Assembly: GCA_963924565.1 (NCBI GenBank)
Contig: OZ004608.1
Span: forward strand, 26,412,001-26,476,000
Source: Ascidiella aspersa
Lineage: Eukaryota
DNA: 64,000 nucleotides
Direction of reading: 5' to 3'
The position numbers and the translations under genes were made by a program. This document shows positions 36,290-50,108 of this stretch, in pieces (the first letter of the stretch is position 1; the number at the start of each line of letters is the position of its first letter). A model generated the notes under the pieces. The model ran no database searches, had not been told where the DNA came from, and saw only the letters and a list, made by a program, of their open reading frames with translations.

Positions 36290-39200
36290 CTATTTGGCGT
36301 CTTGCTTGCTCAGGGCGATGGCCAGCTCTAGGTCTGCCTCTTCCTGCCTCTGTTTCTTCAGCCGCTCGCTCTCGGCCTTTTTGCTTTCCTCCTGTGCCCA
36401 AGCCAGCTGCTCGGCTTCCGACATGCCGTGCTGCAAATAAAAATCAAAGTGACAGGATTTCGCCATTTGTGTCCTTACTGCAAACATATTGTACTTGGCG
36501 ATAAACAGACCTTTGATCAGCGATCTGATTATTATACTACAATGATGAATGTTTGCTCTTTCGTTTTCGAAATAAATTTATTTTAGCGTTAAGGTTTTTA
36601 TTTGCATTTTTTCTTAGGCTCAATTTAATATTACCAGAATTAACACAAAAAAATGACCAGGCGCTTGCCGCGTCCAACATATATACACATATGTTTTTTT
36701 ACCGTAATACCAAGGCGGAGAGAATATCCGCACGCTCGACCTGTAACATGCCATTAAAAATGTGCATAAGCACAATTGTCAGGTTTTATTTTCCGCTATT
36801 GAAAACTCTAAATACTCAGGACTTTAGGCAGTTTAGGATATTTTAGGACGATCGTAAAACCGCAAATTTAAATGATGAAGGAATTTAATCGTCGCTTATT
36901 TCATCAGTTTTTCAGCTCTCATTTTGCTGTGTACCGCCATCGAAAAAAGGTTGTAGAACAGTGTTTTAAACCAATGTAGCCTTAATTAGATCGAATAAAT
37001 TTTATGCCCGACTAAAGTTGTGTAATATCACATGGCTGTCTACTGCCATCAAACGGAATAAACATGGGTTTTAAAAATATATTTAAAAAAATTTTAACTT
37101 GTCAAGCAACAGTTACGAGTTAAACAATGTTTTAATGCCGAACAAGCCAACATTCGGAGTAAATCCCTTCACTTGTTATATTTGTAACTTCTGTACCTTT
37201 TTGGCGCTCTTGTGTGATTTGCTTCCAGATTTGGCCGACTTGTCAGATGAAGACACGCTAAACTCGTCCGGTTTGGCTGGCCTGGACGGTGGTGCTTTCT
37301 TTTCTGTCTTGGTAGAGTCGGCGCCAAATGCGGCAAACGTGGGGCTTGAGAAGCTGTCGAATCCGAAGGGGTCGCTGCTGTTGTTTGTCGCTGTTGTGGT
37401 CGAGGCACTGCCGCCAAAAGCGCTGCCCCACGGGTCTGAACCGGTCTACACAACACAAAACGCACAGCGTAAAACATCCTAAGTTTTCACATTGTTAAAT
37501 GGGTTTTAGGTAAGATTATATGCAAACCAACGCCAAGCAAACACAAAGAGATCAGTAAAAATTATATCCAGATCTGACACACTTGTCCGACGCCACTGCC
37601 GACCTTTTGTTATTTAATTCATATCCACGAACATGCGGGATGTCACGTCCACATCGTCGGAGAAACGCACACATTTGTTAATTAAGAAACAAAACATCAT
37701 TTTGCTTACGTCCGCGCTTAGTGAATCACCAAATGATTTCTTCACGTATGTTTTTTAGGTTGCCTTAAGGCAAAATTATCACTTTTTTTTAGCAAACACC
37801 ACTTGCTTGTCACGTTCACAAAGACCATGCTTCACCGGATGGGTAATCAAAACGAGAAAAAGTAAAAAAAGCTGCTGGGCGCCAGTGCGGATACGAGGAA
37901 AATAGATTCAGTGGCTGTTGACTTAAACTGGAGTTCGACCTTTTTGTCACTTTTTTGGGTCGATACCGATAATCGACCTTTGATATTTTTTTCCAACCGA
38001 TACAAGAAACCGATAACCGAATTTTTAATTTATCTGAGATTCGGTAATAACTTTATTTAATTGAACAATTAATGCAAATTACATTAGTTTATCTACGTAC
38101 TTGATTAAGCGTCCTTGCATATTAGCTTTAGTGTTTTCATAGAAACGCTATATGTGCTCACAACATGAGATAGACAAACTATCGGTTCAAATTTACCGAT
38201 GTCAATATTCAATAGGATTTTAATATCGGCAAACCATTCTATTCAAAACCTCGCTGTTGCACCTATCACATTTTAAATTTACCTCACTGCTGGTGCTGGT
38301 GGCTGGCGGGTAGGCTCCCATGTCTTTAAACAAGCTTTCGCCGCCCTTGCTGTCCGAGAAGGCTTCGGCGAAGCCCCCCTTGTCGAAAAACGGTTTGGCG
38401 CCTGTGCCTGTTTGTTCATTGCCGCTTGCCGCGTTCACCGGACTTTGGGACGTCGTTTCTGTATAAATCAAACCAAAAAACGTAGGCTTTGATTCAGTTA
38501 ACAAGTCCAATTGACTCGTATAGCGCGTTTTGGATGGCTTGTCATTATGAGGGAATGGAAAGAAATTATGAGGGAATGGAAAGATGACCACCGCTTGGCC
38601 TGTACCTTCTTCAACCTTAAGACGGGGAAGAAAGTGCTGGCTTAAATAGCGCTTTTTGCGACTAAAAGCCGGCCCTGCCTTTCGTTACCCCATTTCGTTT
38701 AAATTATTGGCTAAGTTCACAGAAAGCAGAAAACTGTTGCCAATTTTATTAGGTTGGGAGCGTCAACTATTTCTTAGATTTTGGCCCGCCATAGACATTC
38801 GACTTTGAAGATGTTTGTTCTTAAAAATACGTTGAGTTTACATACGAAGCTATTAAAATTATTTCGACTAAATATTGCAAGATATAAGAGAGTGCGTAAT
38901 ACCTTTTTTACAGAAAATACTATCGAGAAATTCAAATTGCAAATGAAAAAAAAAGTTAAATTAAGATCCTTTCTTGCATTAAAAATCAAGTATTATCAAC
39001 ACATGAAAAAACGTGATTTCCGGTATTCATTTGGAAACTTTTGATTTTTACATGCTTGATTTTCAACATCCAAAAAGCTATTTTAAGAAGTTTTAATTAA
39101 TTTGCGTTTGAAGCATTAAATATCAGCAGAATCAGCAAGATAGTTAGTAGGTCACGTTTGTCATTAAAATGTACTGTTGTATAATACAAGGGTAAACACT

Positions 39201-42200
39201 TTCGGACAGCGTTCTAATAACTGCTGTTGTATCATACGAAAAAAGCCATACCCATACCATTAAAAAGCTTTCAGGTTATAAATTGGAATCAAGTCTTAAG
39301 TTTTTTTTTTACCATCAGCACAAAAGCATATAGACGTACCGTTATATTATTAAAAAAAGATATACACTCAAAACCACGCAATGCTTTGTTGTGTAGGCTG
39401 GATAAGATTTTCATGCAGTTCCGTGACGTATTTGCAATTTGGCCTCATAGCTAAAACGCCTCGCCCGCAACCATTAAATGGAAATCGGGCGCTGTTGACC
39501 AAACGCAACAAAACATTGCGTGCGATTTAAAACACGAGCGCGATTCAAGCAATCTCACACTGAGCCTGTACCGAGTTTGTTGGTTTTGTTCAGCGTCGAG
39601 TTGGCCGAACTGGAAAACATGTCGGCTGTGCCGCCGAATGGGTCGGTGCTAAACGAAGAAGCTGACGTTTCGTTGAATGCACTCCCAGCATCTGTGCCTG
39701 CGAAATGTAAAATGTGACTTTTGGATGTTGCAACTTAAGAAACAAGGCAAAGTGTTTTTATAATGTATACTAAGCACGAAGTTGTTTAACGCTGTTAGTC
39801 GGCCGAAACATAAACCAGGGAAATTGTATACGGTTATTTAGTTGTATAATATAATCTAAAACTTTGTGTAAACCAAGTGTTGCATAATACTCTGTAAATT
39901 TGTGTAATATCACATAAACCTTAATCGCATTGAACGACAAAGGTTGTGAACATAAGTCTACTAACTGATAGACCGAATATGGTATTAAAGTAAACAATTA
40001 TTACATTACAACTTACAAAGAGAGAAGTGACGCATCGTGACTACAACCAAATTACATACTTGCGAAAGGATCCTGGCCGGAAAACGGATCGGGGGCGGCA
40101 TCGTGTTTGGCAAACAGGTCCGTATCGAAAGCGATGTTTGAGGTTTTAGTTGCGGCCGCAGGGGCAGCAGGCGTTGCAGCGCTCGCGGAAAATAGATCTG
40201 AGCCTGCGAAAGGGTCACTGTCGTCCGCGGTCGTCCCCGTCGTTTCGGCGCCAGCGAAAGGGTCGGCTCCGCTGAACGGATCACTCTCTGTGAAGGGGTC
40301 GGCAGCTGCGAGGCACAAAAGGCTGGCCTTAGTTTGTTTTTAGTTATTCACACCCACTGCGAAATCAAACGACGGGAGTTTCTCTACAATGTTACGTGTT
40401 CCAAGTATTTTTTTTTATCAAGACACACTCGTTTGACAATTATTATGCCCTTGTACTAATATACCGATGAGTTTAGTACAAAATATTTTATCTAAGCGTT
40501 TAAAAATGGGTCAAGAATAGCAAACTTACATATTATAATTATTTATCTCCATTTTCTATATTTAATATTAAGTCAACCTCTTTCACAACCCGCAAAATTC
40601 TACGTTAGTGGTTCTGATTTACGTTGGCCACATTAGGAGTGGTATTAATATTGTTCAAATATTTACTTAAATTGTGTGCTGATGTATTAGTAATACAGCA
40701 TTGGGGACACAATCAATAAATTGTCATTTTCCTGATTTGTAATTCTCAGGGAATATTCTATAGTTAAAAAACATAAGACAGTAGTATAAAATAAATCAGT
40801 GACGTAAAAATCATAATTTTAGAAGTCAACTTATAGCTTTAACCTTTTTTATAAAAAAATAAACCTTTAAAATTGTCTTTAAAAGGGTCTTCGCTGATGT
40901 CATTTTGAATGTCTTCAACCTTTTCCTGCAGACCTCCCATACTAAATACGCTCTCACTAATTCCCAATCCAGGATTTGCCTACAAAAAACATGGCGACTG
41001 TTAATTTAACCAGGTTAACAGTCATTGTATAACTAGAAACCCTTATCAATCTAGCTATGGAAAAAAATAATTTTGACAAAAAAATGTTTTGAATAGTCAA
41101 AAAAGATACAATGACTGGCTGCAACAGTATGTTAACACAAGCTTTAAACATAATGTGGTATTACTAAAAATCAGGATTGGAACATCTCATTCTACGTCCT
41201 AGCTTGATTAATATGTTACAATTACTGTTAAGGCACTTAGTAGTGACATTTATACTAGTGAACTCTTATTTCTTTGGATTATCTAACAAACACATTTCTT
41301 AACTTGCCAAGTTATTTTAGTCATTAAAAATATTTAAAACCTTAATTTCTTGTTATAAAATACTTACGGTTACAAAAGCATCAAAGCCAAAATCTCCATT
41401 CGATTCACCTAGAAATACAAAAAAAATTAAAAATTCTACAAATAAATATCATAATCTTTTTGAGAAACATAATTCTAGGCAGCACAAAACTTACTTTTTA
41501 TTGCAGTTATTGCCTTGTCATATTGCTCAATATTGGCAGTGATATTTTTCTCTTGATCTTTCAGCTGTTTAATTTGAGTTTGCACCTGAGAAAATATTAC
41601 CGTGTGAATAATAATCTGTTATGTATCAATGAACAAGTCATTAAAGCAGGTCACTCAGGAAGATAAGTAATTTGATGCTCTTTTGTACATCAAATTACTA
41701 AAATTACAAATCCTACACTAATCTTTACAGGCAGGGTTGCTCGCTAAATGCGGTTGCAATTCGATCCAGGCGAGTGCTGATCGACAACTAGTGCTGGCCA
41801 TTTTGGCAAGTGATATTTCTGCCAAGTGAGTATGAGTAGTAAGTAGACACCGCAAATTCAAATTTTAATTCAATGCCAACCCTGGTATGTATTACTTTAT
41901 TTCCTTCTAAAGCTATCTTACGAACAATACAAAATCATTTACAAACTCTTAAAAAGTGGTTTATATCTTGAGTTTCTTATTGTATCCAGAAGAGCGAAAA
42001 AATATTTAGTAAGAAATCACAACAAAATAGTAATTAGCCTTTTAGATATTAAACTATACAAACCTGAGCTGTTTGTTCGTTTGCATCTTTCACAGCACGG
42101 TCAACATTCTGCTGTTGTTGCTTTCCAGCATCCAGCCTTTGTTCCAGTTGAGTTTCTTCCTGTTTTAACTCGGCCAATTCGTTTCTGATCTTTTTTAGGT

Positions 42201-45200
42201 CGGTCTCCTGCTGGTTGACCGATGCTTCTTGCGCCGAAATTTGTGCCCGCAAGCTCTTAATCTGATAAGGTGAGAAGCAACATATACTGAGGTGTCAATT
42301 ACTTATTTGATTGTGATATTAGTATTCAATAAGTTTGACAAAAAGTACGGCCGTTAATTTCAATAACAAATGATTTTTTATATTATGGCCAATTGGGTGA
42401 GTTGAAAAAAAAATAAGGTAATTTTATCTTAATTAAGTTAAAACTTGGTTTAATGCTTCCAAGCTTAGTTATCTTGCTTGTTAATTTGCTATATAAAAGG
42501 TTAGAAATGCAGTGTTAAACTACAAACCTTGGCTGAAACTCAGAAATTATTATGGTATCCGATCAGCACCAATCCCACCCTAGCATGTGACAAGTACCTT
42601 AACTGCTTTATGTCGGATATTGTCCCTTATCCAAAATTAATGGATAAATCATTTATATAAAACAATGCAACATGACATAATATGCGGTATTTCATATGTT
42701 ATTTTTGCAATGAGTGATTTATATATGAAAAATAGGTAACACTTTGATTTTATTGCATACATTTAGAAGTGCATTGCTTGGAATGATGGCTGTATAAAGC
42801 TTGTAATCAGTGTCATTGGGAATACGGACATTTGATTACAAAACAGTTATTAATTTCAATTAGCCTGAAATATTTTAATTATTTGGCAATCTTATTAAAG
42901 AGCCCAGAAGCCTTTATTTGGGACCCTACACAGAATACAAGCCATTGAACTCACATTTTCATTTTCTTCTTGGACCTTGAGCCGTACATCAGCGAGCATG
43001 CTGTCCAGTTTATTCCTCTGCTGTTCAAGTTCCTCAAGTCGTGTGTGAGCTTCTGCCTTGTCACACTCCAGTTGGGCTAGCGAGCTGCTGTCCTTGTCCA
43101 GAGTGTCTTGCAACTCCTGGTGAAAAAAGGCATAAATAGTGTTGATTTTAAATACCATTGAAACCGGACTTGTAGGAAATAACAAATGTGGAAAAGGCAA
43201 TTAGCGCTTACAATTGAAGCAAAGCATTATTGTTGGTTTGTTGTATTGCTTCATATATATCAGGGATGGTGAACCTTTTTATCGCGCGGATCACAAACAC
43301 AACCTTAATCATTACAAAAAGCACAAGGGGGCCATATATTTAATTATGTGCTAATTTTATGTACTTTCCTGTTGCGTCGTTTTAAGTGTTATTGTCTGGG
43401 CTAGTATAGGGTTTTTGGACGATTTCCAAGAATATTAAGAACCTAAATAGTTAACAAATGCTGCAGCATTTTTATAGGACTACAGGAGATTAGCAGCAGC
43501 TTTTCAGCATGGTTTAACCAGGATTTTCAAAAATTTTAGTCGGCGAGTTTAAAGGATCACCACCCATTACGTTTCACAGCAATAAACAAAATGCGTCTAA
43601 TTGTCTGCTTTTCTGCATGCATTTGTTGAAGTGCAGTTAAAGTGGGGCCTAAATGATAGGGCCTACGCCTACATTAACTGCACTTCAACAAATGCATGCA
43701 GAAAAGCAGACAATTAGACGGGGGCCTATGTGCCACCCCTTAAAGACTTTTGCACGACCCACAGATTGGGCAGCCCTGATTTAAACAGTATAGTGCTATC
43801 TAACAAAGAATTGTTTTTTTAAATCTGCGGTGGTTCGCCATCCCTGATATACCATTCTTTGGCACATAGTTTGCAATTTAAAGTTAAATTTAACAATGAG
43901 TTGTATTTGTTGGTTTATTAGAACAACCACAGTACAATCAAGACTATCAACAACCTACTGCAGCCCAACCAGCACTTTTATTCCAGTTTAAGTTGGACTA
44001 TAAACCTGTCACTAAGGGTTATACTTCCTAACATAACTAAACTCACAATATGGAAGTGCAGGTAAGTCACTAATTTGGGCTCGGCAATGACATGTTGAAA
44101 TATTGATTTATAACAGTGCCAAAACTAACAAGGGAACACTACAAAAGGAAATTGATGAATGTTATTGACTAATATGCAAAAGACACATTATTTATTAAAT
44201 GAACAAGTAGCTTGGATCTATGTTTGCAAATAGTTGATATGCATGTTATACTAATAAATTATTACTTTTAAAACATACAGCATTCAAAGGCAAAAAACAG
44301 AGGACTTTTAAAATTCATCTTTAGTTTATAAAACAAATATATCTATATACTAACAGGTCTTTTTCCACAAGTTCCACCCATATCAGTAATCTCCAGCTGC
44401 CTAACAGTAAAACCATCCTGCCATAAAGCTTTTCATCACATTCAGAAAACCTTTCTGGACAACATAAAGTGTAACACAGTGCCCCGAAGAATTACAGCAG
44501 TACGGCAGATGAACGGTGGAGGTGCATGCATTAATAATGAGGTGCTTCTACCCTAAAATGCTGCTCTAATGCTTTATTTGCTCACTGTTATGTGGGATAA
44601 AGTAACTACTGCCCAAATATCATGTTTCCACTGACATAACTTGCAAATAGCCTGCTTATAAGAATGCTAGTGGTTGCTTCTTGCTAATCAATAATTTTCC
44701 ACAAGCAGGGTATAAAAGGCAAAAGCAATTAGGCAAATTGTATTGTGCTTGTAAAGCTGTGTAAAAGGTTAAATACAGCAGTCAGGATAAATCAATGCAT
44801 GTTACAGTTTTGTTTACAATTACCTCATAACTTGCAGTAGCACATATATTTTGTTAATATATATACATTTTTATCATTTGTGATGCAAACACATTTTTTT
44901 TTTTATTTGCGTTGAATATGTCTTTAGTTTTTTAGCAAATTAAAATCAATCAACACCAAAAAGGTAGGTTACAAAAACCATAACACAATCGCCAGTTGAA
45001 AATATTAACTGTCTTTAAGCACAAAAACAAAAACAAAAAAATTGCAGAGTATGCATATTACCTGGACTTCATTGTTGACATTTTTGATGGTGGCTTCTTT
45101 CTGTTGAATTTCTGCTGTAAGGGATTCCTTTTCCTTCCGCAGTTCCTCAATTTCCTGATTGAGAGCATCTAACTCACGCATAGCAGCTGAATCTCCAATT

Positions 45201-48200
45201 CCACTGCTACCATCAGATACACTTCCATTATCCTATATTAATAAAAAAATAATCATTTGTCTTATTTTTTCTAACAGAGGACTGCTTATCTGTTGACAGG
45301 CGATTGGCAGAAAGATTAGAAGAATATACTGAACAAATTTGGTAATTACAATACAGTATACATGCATAGGCCAATTCAGCAATTTGTAAGAAGGTTGTTA
45401 AGGTTGTTGACGATGAGTATGTCTAAAATAGATTACGCTATATGTATTTATACAACGCACACAGGGTAATAGCTCTAAATAATGCCCCTTATCTTACATG
45501 TGTTTTGTGTGCATATTTGCTTTGCTCTATCACCCTATAAAATCCTAGGTCTATGTTTTGTAAAGCACTACAATGGTGGCTAGATTTTTTCTCAAATCAC
45601 TTGCATATCTTTGTTAGATTTAATATAAATGTTGCAGATTGACACTATAAGTAGGCTGCTGCAGCATAGTTACATTACTCAAAATGTTATTTACATTGGG
45701 GATATGTTAAATAAATGCCAACATGCTGCCAAAGCCTCTTAAAATGAGTTGAAACCGGCACTAATCGGTAACTAAGGCAAACAAGATATACACTGTACAT
45801 CTAAAAAAAACACGAAGCAATATGAACGTCAGAGACACACAAAAGCAGACAAGGAGCTGCGTCTGCCAGCTAAGAGTTAGCCATTCCTGCACTAGCATAA
45901 ATAGAATCACACAAAAGAATGTCAATAAAATAGACAAAAACAGTAACTTGCTCTTGGAATAGAGATTAGGTATCTGCAATTAAAACCGGACTAAAACAAT
46001 AAACATTACCCAATATTCTTGCAAGATTGGTTTCACACTTAGGCATAAGCTATATTAAAGACCAAGTGCAAGTAGATAACATTTTTCATGTTTCGAATAT
46101 CCCTTAATTCACATTTTTATACGTTTTGGATTTAAACAAATTTTTTTTGAAAAGCAGTCAATTGGATTTCTGTTTGTTTAAAAAGCCAAAAAATAGACTT
46201 TTATTGTGTGGGCAGTAAATTTTAACTTACTCCAAATGTAGAATCCTGGCTGATTTGCGCCAACATTTCTGGAGTGATTTGGTTTGGAAGCTCGACTCCA
46301 GTGACTTTCTGTGATATAAGGTGCATGGCAAGAATGAACTGATCAATGCGCAGCTTGCCAGCGAGTTGCTGATCGCACATGTTCCTGCAAAGCAAACAAA
46401 GACATACAGTAAACAGCAAGGTAAATCAAACTACCACTCCTCTATTGACAGTGACATACAGAAAAAGGAATGGATCATAAATCAACATACAGAAAAAGGA
46501 ATGGATCAGAAACGAGTTATTTAAGAAAACCTGTTAAGATACAAGTTTATGGATTGAATAGCTGTATAAATGAAGTTATATAATTTGGTACTCATGTCTG
46601 TATTATATATTTGTGTTTAAGTAATAAACAAAAATAATATATGAATATTATTAAAATTTGAAGTGTGTGATTTTATTAGGCTTTAAAACAAATGGTTTGT
46701 AATCTAGGATTACATAATCCTTTTTTTTATTTGGCAAAGAAAATCCATATTTACATATAAGGGGATACAAACGATTAAACAAATATAAGTATTACCTTTA
46801 CCTCATTTATATAGCAGACAAACTAACAAATAAGCAAACAAGACCCTTCAGGCAACCTACCATACATGCGCCAACACTGTTTGCGGAAGACCACTTTGCA
46901 CAAAGACATTTCTGGCTGCTGCTCCACTGATTAGACCATCAGGATCCTTATTTTGTTGATAAATTGCACTAAAACGAGCTTTGTCAGCTGAACTAACAAC
47001 CCACTGTGCAGCGACAGCACCCGTCTATTTAAACATAAATTTAAAGTTTTTAAAAATAAAATTTTACGGGTTTCTTTCAGTTTTTTAAACTGTTTAGTAA
47101 GGCATGCAAATACTGCACATAAATTGTAGACCAAGGTTTACAAGAAATCTGTTGTTTTTTATTTTAAACTTACGTTCATCGTTTTTTACATATATAATCC
47201 AGCTTAACTCACAAGTGTACAAGACAAAACTTGTCATTAACTCTCAAGGGGAGTTACAGTTAAAAAAAACAGATAAACTGCAAACATATATATAGATTAT
47301 GTAGACGTGGTTTTTCCTGTATTGCTGAATTATGTTTGTTTTATTCTTGTGTTTAATTTTAACAATTAAAACCATTGTATTACTAACAAAACAACAAGAC
47401 ATAGCATGGTTCAAATACCCAAGTTATAAGTACTAGTACAGAGGTTATTCAAATTATATGTGTATTATAAATGTATTTACTGGAACATGTTTGGGTGAAA
47501 TGCCTGTTGTGCTGCTAGAAGTGCTCCCCTGTCTACTAGTGTGCAAATGCGGTGATACTGGAATGGGTGGTAAAACACCAATGGCTCCTGGAAATAAATG
47601 CTTTTGTTATAATTTTTATGTCTTATGAAAAAACATCTCATGTTCAATGTTAATAAAAAACAATAATGCAAATGAAAATTAAACATAACCATATACCAAA
47701 CCACTTTATATTTAAAAAAAAATTTGAAGAAAAAAGACAAACTATTCCGGTATAACATGATTATTTTAATACACACAATAAATTTTAATACACACAACAA
47801 TCTAAGAAACAAGGGTAATCAAGGAATAGGGCAATGGTACAGATAACTTCCTCCCTGCATGTTTTTCTGATAGTAAGTTTAACAGAAACCTGGTAGGTTC
47901 TTGGCAATTGTATTGGTCACTGGTGTAGGTGGAACACTTGCAATTCCTGCATTGGCTCCCCTTTTTGATGGTGGAGTGAGGTTCATTGGAAGTGTAACTG
48001 GAACTGGCTCTTTGTCTATGGCTCGATAAACCAAGTGCATTGCCTACAAACAATAAACAGTTTAGTGTATTTTTGTTCAAAAAAGGTCCCAAATATGCCT
48101 ATTCAAAAATAATCACAACATTTTAGATGGTAAATGTTTTTATAAAATTTTGCCAACCCAATTGATAAAACATGATTTTTGTTATGTCTTACTATGGGAA

Positions 48201-49419
48201 GTAAGTGCACCCACAATTTTTTTAACAGACTAAACCTGCACACCACAAACAATGAATATACATCCGCTTTTCCCATATAGGTTATTGTAAGGGGTGCATT
48301 TTTTATCCTAGTTGCATCCCGATACCTCGATTTTTTGGCAATGCACCCCAGTCTGCATTTCATGGCACTTCACACCAAAATCTTGGGTGTGCAGAATCAA
48401 ATTTGGAGGTGTGCAGGTGTGCAAATATGTTTTTTGCACACCTTGGGTTGGAAATCCTACCACAATTTTTTTATGTTTTTCAAAATCTTAGTGTGCAATA
48501 TACTAATTTAGGTGTGCAGACAATTTCTTGTAGAAAAAATATTGTGCATGCACCTGCAACAAAATGCAGACATGCATGCACCAGAGAGATCTCGTCCAGA
48601 AGACAGGGTTACAGCTAACAATTTTGTGCATTGCTTCAGTAACAGTTTGAATGTTGACTCCAAAGATGAGGACACAGGGTTGACAAAAATTCACTGACAG
48701 CTTGGCTGCGCTGTTGCGTACAACTATTATTATTTCTATAACATATTTAAACTGGACAAATACTAACCACACAAAATTCATCTTTATCTAGAAAACCATC
48801 ATTATCAATATCAGCTAGCTGCCAAATTTTTCCAAGTATCTCCATTTGAAGTTTGGAGTTAAGAAGAACAGGCCGTACCTGGTATACGAAAAAACAAACA
48901 ATTAAGTGAGATACTTATAATTGACATAAACACACCGTACCACTTCTCCAGAAAGTTTGCCATTTAATGGCTTGAGGCTCTCAAAGATATTTTCATACTT
49001 CACTTTTTCTGGACCTTGTATTGACCAAGCTGTTTCAACCTTAGAAGTCAGGGAAAAATCCAACGACATTGTGTCCATAAACTGAATACTTAATGCATTA
49101 CAAAATTTAAAAATAACTCATTTAAGGAATGGTTTCTAAAAATATAGTAACCCAATATTAAAATTCATTAAATTATCAATAATTAAATAAGTTTGCTGTA
49201 CAGCAAAATATTTAACATATGGCTTACACAATATTCTTTCTGTTGGTTGACCTCACCCTCCCAAGAGATTAAGTCAATGTTAAGCCAGTCTACAATGATT
49301 TGTTTTTTTCGATAGGAGTTTTTGGCCTTGAAACATTGTTGATAAAATTCCAACGTACGGTAATTCATTTCATTTTCTAACCCGCCAGTATCAGGCAGTG
49401 ACGCCTGTAGAGTGCACAT
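36290..49419 (-). CDS. EPS15: EPS15/EPS15L1-family endocytic adaptor (EH domains, coiled coil, DPF repeats, two UIMs)
   Basis: EH2 [46 protein letters not shown] (~48770-49080); EH3 (~46230-47020); coiled coil (~41500-45230); DPF repeats (37170-40980); terminal [21 protein letters not shown]. Start uncertain (49419, ~49370 or 49078). Cannot be assigned to EPS15 versus EPS15L1. Confidence 0.9.
43261..43846. mobile_element. hAT-type MITE in EPS15 intron containing a perfect hairpin
   Basis: TIR CAGGGATGGTGAACC...GGTTCGCCATCCCTG. Confidence 0.75.
43594..43720. repeat. Perfect 47-bp inverted repeat with a 33-nt loop
   Basis: 43594-43640 is the exact reverse complement of 43674-43720. Confidence 0.92.
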
Positions 49420-50108
49420 TGACTAACGACCAATTTAGGTTGCATTAACAGTATTACAACAAGTTATCAATTTAATGACCATTTTTCAATTAAAATCAGG
49501 TACATAAATCGTAATGCTAAAACATTTAAAAAAAAAGGTGCACATCGCACGTCGAAACAGTTCCGGTGAATAATTTTTTTTGCGTGCCTTTCTCAAAAGC
49601 ATGAATATAACAAGTATGCGGCAATATGCCAGGGGCAAAGTAACTTCTTGCCAAATTTAACTTAAGAAAAAATGTGGGATGTGGGCTTAAACCGAGAAAC
49701 GAATTTCAAATCTTTTATTAAAAAACGCCGACAAAACGTAAAAATTTGTGTTTTTCTTAAAATGTTAAATCGCTGCTTTCACTTTTGTAGCGACGCCTAA
49801 CGGATTGTTCAACTACACTTTTAATAACTCGATTGCAACCTCGATTTAGCGCCAGTGGGCGCAGCGATATTGCGGAAAATGAGATTCTAATGGTTTTGCC
49901 TGTTGTAGCTTTGACAGTATGACCGTGAGCCGCTTGCTATAACTATGTGTTATGATCCTAAAATAAAAATAATATGATGTATCATGTATGTCTGCAGATT
50001 CCTTTAGGAAATAGTTAGCAATATTGTTGTTTTGCATAAAGGAAATTGTGTATTTACATGTATTCTAATGTTGGCCAAGCACCCAAACTTACAGCACCAG
50101 GTAAAAGA

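Noticed and set aside
46453-46508. 24-bp direct repeat (acatacagaaaaaggaatggatca) x2
   Set aside because: Ordinary intronic micro-duplication.
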